A stretch of DNA of 64,000 nt from an uncultured bacterium. Lineage in GTDB: Bacteria > UBP4 > UBA4092. This document shows, piece after piece, positions 58,648-64,000 of the stretch. The DNA is taken from NCBI GenBank assembly GCA_963768165.1, contig CAVYHJ010000002.1, positions 195,283-259,282 of the forward strand. Reading direction: 5' to 3'. Position 1 is the stretch's first letter. Every line of letters begins with the position of its first letter. Both the position numbers and the translations under genes were made by a program. A model generated the notes under the pieces. The model was not told the origin of the DNA, did no database searches, and saw only the letters and a program-made list of their open reading frames with translations.

Positions 58648-61149
58648 TTAATCTACTTTCTTACCAAACAACCATTTAAAATTGATATACGTTAAAACAA
58701 AAATGATAGCAAATAAAATATACGCTATGGCGGAAGATTCACCCATTTTAAAATCCTCGAATCCTTTACGATAGAGATAACACACCATGGTCATCCCCGA
58801 ATCCGCCGGACCAAACTTGGAACCCGCTTCTCCGGCACCACCACCCAAAACATAAATCTGGTCAAAGACCTGGAGCGCGCCGATTGTGCCGGTAACGGTA
58901 AGAAACAAAATCTGCGGGCGCAGCATAGAGAGCGTTATCTGCCAGAAATTCTGAAGGGCATTCGCCCCATCAATTGCAGCCGCCTCATAGAGTTCATTGG
59001 GAATATTCTGCAATCCTGCCAAATAAATAAGAACCGTGAATGCCAATCCCTGCCAGACGCTCATGGCAATAACAGCATAGAGGAAGGTCTGGGAGTTATG
59101 AAGAAAATTAACCGGGTCTCGAATTAATCTTAAATTTAATAACAATGCATTAATCCAGCCATATTTAGCTCCCAGAAAGAGAACTGTCCAAATTAATGCC
59201 ACAGATACTACAGAAGTGACCAATGGAGAAAAATAGACAAACTTGAACATTCTATCCGGTTTAAGTTTCTTGTCCAACCCAATCGCAAATAAGACGGCCA
59301 TAAACATTTGTAATGGAATGACTATCAGACAAAATACCAGTGTTCTGCCGAAACTGGACCATAAATCATTTTCAGACAGGAACATTTTTAACTTACCCGC
59401 CCAGGACAGATTGGCATTGGCAGAATCCGTAAAGATCTGGGAATTAGCAAACAATATTCCTTTAAAGTTTTTAAGACCCACCCAGTCCGCTGTCGACAAG
59501 GGCAAGACAGGATTATATGCTGTAAACGCTATATAAATGGATACACACATAGGGATAAATAGAAAAATTAATAAACTTAAAACAGTCGGGGTAATGTACA
59601 GATAAGAATACCAGTTTTTACGAGCCTGAGAATTCAACAGAATGAATCCTAAACAACAAAGGATGAGAATACCTGACGCGATTTTGGAATAAAAAAGAAC
59701 ATCTTTTTTCTTTTCAAGAGCAGGCAACCGTTCCACGATATTCGTATAATATTTATTAAAATCTTTGAGTCGTTCTGCCAACGCCTTATTCGCAAGGGGT
59801 GTAATGCGGTCAATTTCCTCGTCGCATAAATTACTTTCATAATTCAAGAATTTCTTATATTCATCAGGATATTTCCCCTGAGCGAACGCCGCATTGATTT
59901 TAAAAAGAGTAGTTTTTTCCTTACCGGCCACACTGATGAGATAATCCCGGATATCATTACGAAGTCTTGAAAAAGAATTATCAAGGAATCTATCCGATTC
60001 AGGACTGCCCACAATATAGGGCCATGACCGGGTACAATACATAATCTGTTTTAAAGATTCCTGATCGTCTTTCGGGATGCCAGGTAAAGGCTCATCCCAA
60101 AATTCTTTTAAAGGAGACAAGAAAAGGTTCCGGCCTTCTCCCCGGTTATTCATATTATCGTTAAAAATATATTTTTGAACATCCTTCCGGTAATAGTATT
60201 GAATCCACTGCATGGCTTCTTTGGGATGTTTAGACTTCCGAAAAATGACAAAACTGGTACCGCCAAGAATCGAAGCCGATTGGCCGTTATCTGCTGCCGG
60301 CATGGGAACGATGCCCCATTTCCCTTTTAGAAAAGGAGCCCGTTTTTCAATTTCCAGGTAATACCATATCCCATCAATCATCATGGGGGCCGCGAATCCC
60401 TTTTCATCCGAGACAAATAATTCCAACCCTTTATCCAACTCAATATTACCGTTATTCCATAACCCTATTGCAAACTTAAATCCTTCTCGAAACCGGGGGT
60501 CCTGCCAGTTGACTTTGGTACCATCGGTAGACATGGTTTCCGTCCCCAATGGCCAAACAAACTGGCCAATCGCCCAGCCTGAATCTCTTGTAAAAGAAAC
60601 ACTATACTGGTATTCATTGGCTTCCAGAACCCGGATGACTTCTTTAAGTTCCGACCAGGTATTGGGTGGTTTAATCCCTAGTTTGGCAAAAATATCTTTC
60701 CGGTAGTAAATACCCAAGGAGGTCATTCCCTGCGGAATACCATAAAGATGATTTTGAAAATAAAAAATCCTCCAAGGACCTTCAAAAGACTTTTGTTTGA
60801 GATCTTCGATTTCCTTTGGGAACATAGCTTGCAGGTCAACCAATCCCCCGATTGAACCATAATCTCCCGGTCCTCCCAAATTAGTCGTCGCCAAATCCGG
60901 CGGGTCTCCAGCGGCCATCGCAGTAAGATATTTGGTATAGAATTGCCCCCAGGAGATGGGTTGAACAATTACATGGATTCCGGTTTCTCTTTCAAAGTTT
61001 CCGGCAATTACCCGGTACATCCGGCCATCATACGCATCTCCGACATTCCAAAAACGCAAGGTAACAGCCAAGGAAGAATTTGGTAACAACCCAAAAGTGA
61101 TAAGTATGATTGATGAAACAGTTAGTAATTTAATATATCGCCAAGGCAT
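58648..61149 (-). CDS. Fusion of extracellular solute-binding protein and ABC permease (MalF-like)
   Basis: N-terminal signal peptide and about 450-aa family-1 SBP-like region, then six-TM permease with EAA loop (EAAAIDGANALQ); 833 aa. Confidence 0.75.
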   Translation of the reverse strand: MPWRYIKLLTVSSIILITFGLLPNSSLAVTLRFWNVGDAYDGRMYRVIAGNFERETGIHVIVQPISWGQFYTKYLTAMAAGDPPDLATTNLGGPGDYGSIGGLVDLQAMFPKEIEDLKQKSFEGPWRIFYFQNHLYGIPQGMTSLGIYYRKDIFAKLGIKPPNTWSELKEVIRVLEANEYQYSVSFTRDSGWAIGQFVWPLGTETMSTDGTKVNWQDPRFREGFKFAIGLWNNGNIELDKGLELFVSDEKGFAAPMMIDGIWYYLEIEKRAPFLKGKWGIVPMPAADNGQSASILGGTSFVIFRKSKHPKEAMQWIQYYYRKDVQKYIFNDNMNNRGEGRNLFLSPLKEFWDEPLPGIPKDDQESLKQIMYCTRSWPYIVGSPESDRFLDNSFSRLRNDIRDYLISVAGKEKTTLFKINAAFAQGKYPDEYKKFLNYESNLCDEEIDRITPLANKALAERLKDFNKYYTNIVERLPALEKKKDVLFYSKIASGILILCCLGFILLNSQARKNWYSYLYITPTVLSLLIFLFIPMCVSIYIAFTAYNPVLPLSTADWVGLKNFKGILFANSQIFTDSANANLSWAGKLKMFLSENDLWSSFGRTLVFCLIVIPLQMFMAVLFAIGLDKKLKPDRMFKFVYFSPLVTSVVSVALIWTVLFLGAKYGWINALLLNLRLIRDPVNFLHNSQTFLYAVIAMSVWQGLAFTVLIYLAGLQNIPNELYEAAAIDGANALQNFWQITLSMLRPQILFLTVTGTIGALQVFDQIYVLGGGAGEAGSKFGPADSGMTMVCYLYRKGFEDFKMGESSAIAYILFAIIFVLTYINFKWLFGKKVD

Positions 61150-61291
61150 GTTTGTTTTCTATTTAAGAACCGAAAACGTTTTTATTATAGCAGAAAAGCA
61201 TGCCATAATTATTTTTGGAAGGCCAAAGGAGGGGGTACTAGAACATTCGATTATTCGCTCGGAATAGCATACCATCTCCACTCAATCCCGT

Positions 61292-61867
61292 TCAAGTAGT
61301 TAAAGAGACATTGACCGGTTTGCGGGCTTCCAAAGAATCAATTTCAAAGTATTCTTTTGTTTTAAAACCACCAAAGGAGGCAATCATGCTACTGGGAAAC
61401 ATCAACACCTGATTATTGAAATCCCGGACATTGGAATTGTAAAATCTGCGTGAGGCTTGAATCCGATTTTCGGTATTGATCAGTTCTTGTTGCAATTTTA
61501 GAAAATTCTGATTGGCTTTAAGCTCAGGATAATTTTCAACCACGGCAAATAAAGATTTCAATTCATTCACAAGTTGATTCTCAGCCTGTGCCTGGGACTC
61601 TGGATTTCCGGTATTAGCCATTGCAGCGGCACGGGCTTGGGCAATTCTTTCAAAAATATTTTTTTCATGTTGGGCATACCCTTTGACCGTCTCCACTAGA
61701 TTGGGGATAAGGTCATAGCGCCGCCGCAATTCTGTGTCTATATTTGACCAAGATTCGGGGATCATCTGATTTAATTTGACAAGAGAATTGTATCTTCCAA
61801 AACAATAAATAATAAAAGCTAAAAGTACCATTCCTGTTAAAGGACATAAAACCGCAAATGCACCCAA
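61292..61867 (-). CDS. lemA: LemA family protein
   Basis: N-terminal TM, then LemA-typical RYDLIPNLV...YAQHEK...ARAA...RRFYN. Confidence 0.85.
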   Translation of the reverse strand: MGAFAVLCPLTGMVLLAFIIYCFGRYNSLVKLNQMIPESWSNIDTELRRRYDLIPNLVETVKGYAQHEKNIFERIAQARAAAMANTGNPESQAQAENQLVNELKSLFAVVENYPELKANQNFLKLQQELINTENRIQASRRFYNSNVRDFNNQVLMFPSSMIASFGGFKTKEYFEIDSLEARKPVNVSLTT

Positions 61868-61900
61868 GACTGTCTCCTCTTATAAATATTTTCTTTATGT

Positions 61901-63040
61901 TTACAAAGAATTTTCCTCTTTCACATAATCGGGTATCAAATCAAAGAATTTATGCGCACATATAAGAAAATTATCCATTTGTTGTGCCGAAACACGATAA
62001 GTTTTCCATTGATCTTGTTGGGCTTTTTTAAAACGATCCCAATAATTTGTCGTATTCGTAAGGGAATGAACAAATTTGAATATAACCGTTTGCGATCTGG
62101 CTGTCATAGACAACATCGTTGTTCCCTGGCGTGGTAAATTGAGTATGAATTCAATCATTTGAGGATGAATGATGTCATAGGAGAATTTTTTATCTTCACA
62201 TTTTACATAATACTTTTTAGAGAATTCCGCTGATTCAAAGTCAAGCCCACGACGATTTGGGAATTTACCTAAAATACGCGCCAATTCAAAGAGCGATGGT
62301 TCAAACACGGTAGATGTTTCTGAGTTGGGATGTGATATCTCGACTGCGGTATCCCCGAATGCAGCGAGAGATTTGAAAAAAGATGCTCCACAAAATAGGA
62401 CATAGAGAGGATATCTAAATACCAGTGAAGTATCCACGGCAATGCATGTTTCGTAAATAGTTTTTCGTTCCTGACCTCTTCCCGTCGCGACTGTTACTTG
62501 ATAATCGAAAGTACAGATGTCCCTATCTTTCTCACGCCCCAGACAAATATTGTACATTTTTTTCTTCTCACCTCTAAAACCATAATCGGTAAACCTTTCA
62601 AGAAGGCCTATAGAATCATCTTGTAGGTATGTAAATCCATGGCGCTTGGCGAAATCCCGCCATTCCATCCGGCGTTTTTCATCTACCTTTTTCTGACTAA
62701 CAATAATGGAAATAATGATAGCGACAACACCTAAACTAAACATAGGACACAACAAACCCACCAAAGAATCTTTCATTATCAGCATAAGAGCAACGAAGAA
62801 GATACCAGTACCTCCAATTATGTACTTGGTTTTTATATCAAAATTTTTAGGCGGTTCGGCTGTGGGAGGAGTCGTTACTTCTGGCGGAACATTCTCCGGT
62901 GGATTTTCTCGAACTGGCGGGGATTCGTTCTGGACATATTCTTTTATAACTTGTGTTCCACACGAACTGCAAAATTCGTCTTCACGAGTAAGTGGTTTCC
63001 CACATTTTCTACAGAATCCCCCACCAGTATCAGTATCCAT
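61901..63040 (-). CDS. Zinc-ribbon membrane protein, LemA-associated (possibly DUF3137-like)
   Basis: N-terminal CRKCGKPL...CSSCG zinc ribbon, Pro-rich linker, two TM segments, about 250-aa soluble domain. Confidence 0.4.
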   Translation of the reverse strand: MDTDTGGGFCRKCGKPLTREDEFCSSCGTQVIKEYVQNESPPVRENPPENVPPEVTTPPTAEPPKNFDIKTKYIIGGTGIFFVALMLIMKDSLVGLLCPMFSLGVVAIIISIIVSQKKVDEKRRMEWRDFAKRHGFTYLQDDSIGLLERFTDYGFRGEKKKMYNICLGREKDRDICTFDYQVTVATGRGQERKTIYETCIAVDTSLVFRYPLYVLFCGASFFKSLAAFGDTAVEISHPNSETSTVFEPSLFELARILGKFPNRRGLDFESAEFSKKYYVKCEDKKFSYDIIHPQMIEFILNLPRQGTTMLSMTARSQTVIFKFVHSLTNTTNYWDRFKKAQQDQWKTYRVSAQQMDNFLICAHKFFDLIPDYVKEENSL

Positions 63041-63069
63041 AATTCAATCCTTCCTAATTGCAAGTATAC

Positions 63070-64000
63070 TTAGAACATATTGGTTAATACGATTTTGGTC
63101 AACCATCCACTCAATAAGATCATAATGGGGACGGTACAGGCTGATACGGCTTCTGAGATTTTGGAAATTTTCGTGCATCCGCTATACAGAATCAGGATTG
63201 TATAACAGAGGGAGAATACCGACAATATGCCCATAAGTTCTACGTTTGCCAGATCCAATATCCCAAAGAGAATCCCGGAAACGAGGATTACGACTGCCAT
63301 GGGTAATAACGCCGAACCGGCAATGAACATATCACCTTCGATTCCTCCCATTCCATGAAACGATTTACGGACTAAAAAACTGGCTAAAACAATGCTCAAG
63401 AAAGGGATTGCCGCAAACAGAATTAATTGGAAAAAATCTTTCATAGTTATTTGTTTAATTGCGTCTACGAAATTGGAACTCCCTCTAGGGTAGCTATAAG
63501 AAGAAGAATTTTGTGGTTCAAGAAATATTTTCCCCAGTCTATCTTTTACCTGATTGAGCTGTGCAACGGTCAGATCGGAAGATTTCTGAATATCGGGTGA
63601 TATGAGACCAAAGAGTTTTAGAGAATTGAATTCTTCATCATTCATACGGTAATTTTCCCTTTGTAATCCATTTTCAATTTCAGAATATACATTTTCTAAC
63701 CCTCTTATAATACCTCTGAGATCATTAAGCTGATCAAGAGTTAAATCCGAATAATTTTTAGAAAATGTATCTTCCCATTTACTTGCCGTTTCATTAATTC
63801 TATTAATTTGATCCTGATTCAGGTTGGGTACGTTTTGTGCGTTGGGAACAAGTCCCAAGCTTTTAATTTTTTTGAATTGCTGTTGGATTACTTCGGATTC
63901 ACTGAGTGTTTTAGGAATTCGCGTTCGTTGAGAAAATCCACTGGAATAGTTTAACATTCCAAGTCCCCAACCCTGTCCCGACATGGGACTATTCCACACA
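63070..64000 (-). CDS. Hypothetical membrane protein, 5' partial (continues beyond window)
   Basis: Reading frame open to the window edge; C-terminal TM segments. Confidence 0.4.
   Translation of the reverse strand, partial: VWNSPMSGQGWGLGMLNYSSGFSQRTRIPKTLSESEVIQQQFKKIKSLGLVPNAQNVPNLNQDQINRINETASKWEDTFSKNYSDLTLDQLNDLRGIIRGLENVYSEIENGLQRENYRMNDEEFNSLKLFGLISPDIQKSSDLTVAQLNQVKDRLGKIFLEPQNSSSYSYPRGSSNFVDAIKQITMKDFFQLILFAAIPFLSIVLASFLVRKSFHGMGGIEGDMFIAGSALLPMAVVILVSGILFGILDLANVELMGILSVFSLCYTILILYSGCTKISKISEAVSACTVPIMILLSGWLTKIVLTNMF

Noticed and set aside
1-64000. rRNA or tRNA genes
   Set aside because: No cloverleaf-like conserved T-arm or D-arm motifs or rRNA-like segments were recognised in the intergenic regions; a tRNAscan/Infernal run would be needed for certainty.

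Overview
64-kb bacterial chromosomal window, read by eye from the sequence and ORF track only; no database search, Rfam scan or folding was run, so family names are motif-level calls from memory. The centre (23.0-38.3 kb, all minus strand) is a potassium-homeostasis island: two tandem kdpABC operons, a kinase-less KdpD sensor, three divergent P-II (GlnB-like) paralogs, a KdpF-like peptide and an M23 peptidase operon. Four copies of one conserved structured leader RNA, a candidate c-di-AMP (ydaO/kimA-type) riboswitch, sit in front of these operons and of a transporter gene at 8.7-11.0 kb. The P-II-like genes embedded in riboswitch-controlled kdp and peptidase operons are the strongest candidate for an undescribed regulatory module. 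The left flank holds housekeeping genes (oxidoreductases, ABC-2 exporter, PilZ). 11-23 kb is an accessory-like stretch with tandem small membrane-protein paralogs, secreted ankyrin proteins, two disrupted genes, a hicBA toxin-antitoxin pair and several interspersed repeat families. The right flank holds def, a Rieske protein, a sigma54 two-component system next to three tandem pilin-like genes, three tandem GH44-like hydrolase paralogs with an IS4-like insertion upstream of the third, a sugar ABC transporter and LemA. No rRNA, tRNA or CRISPR array was recognised.
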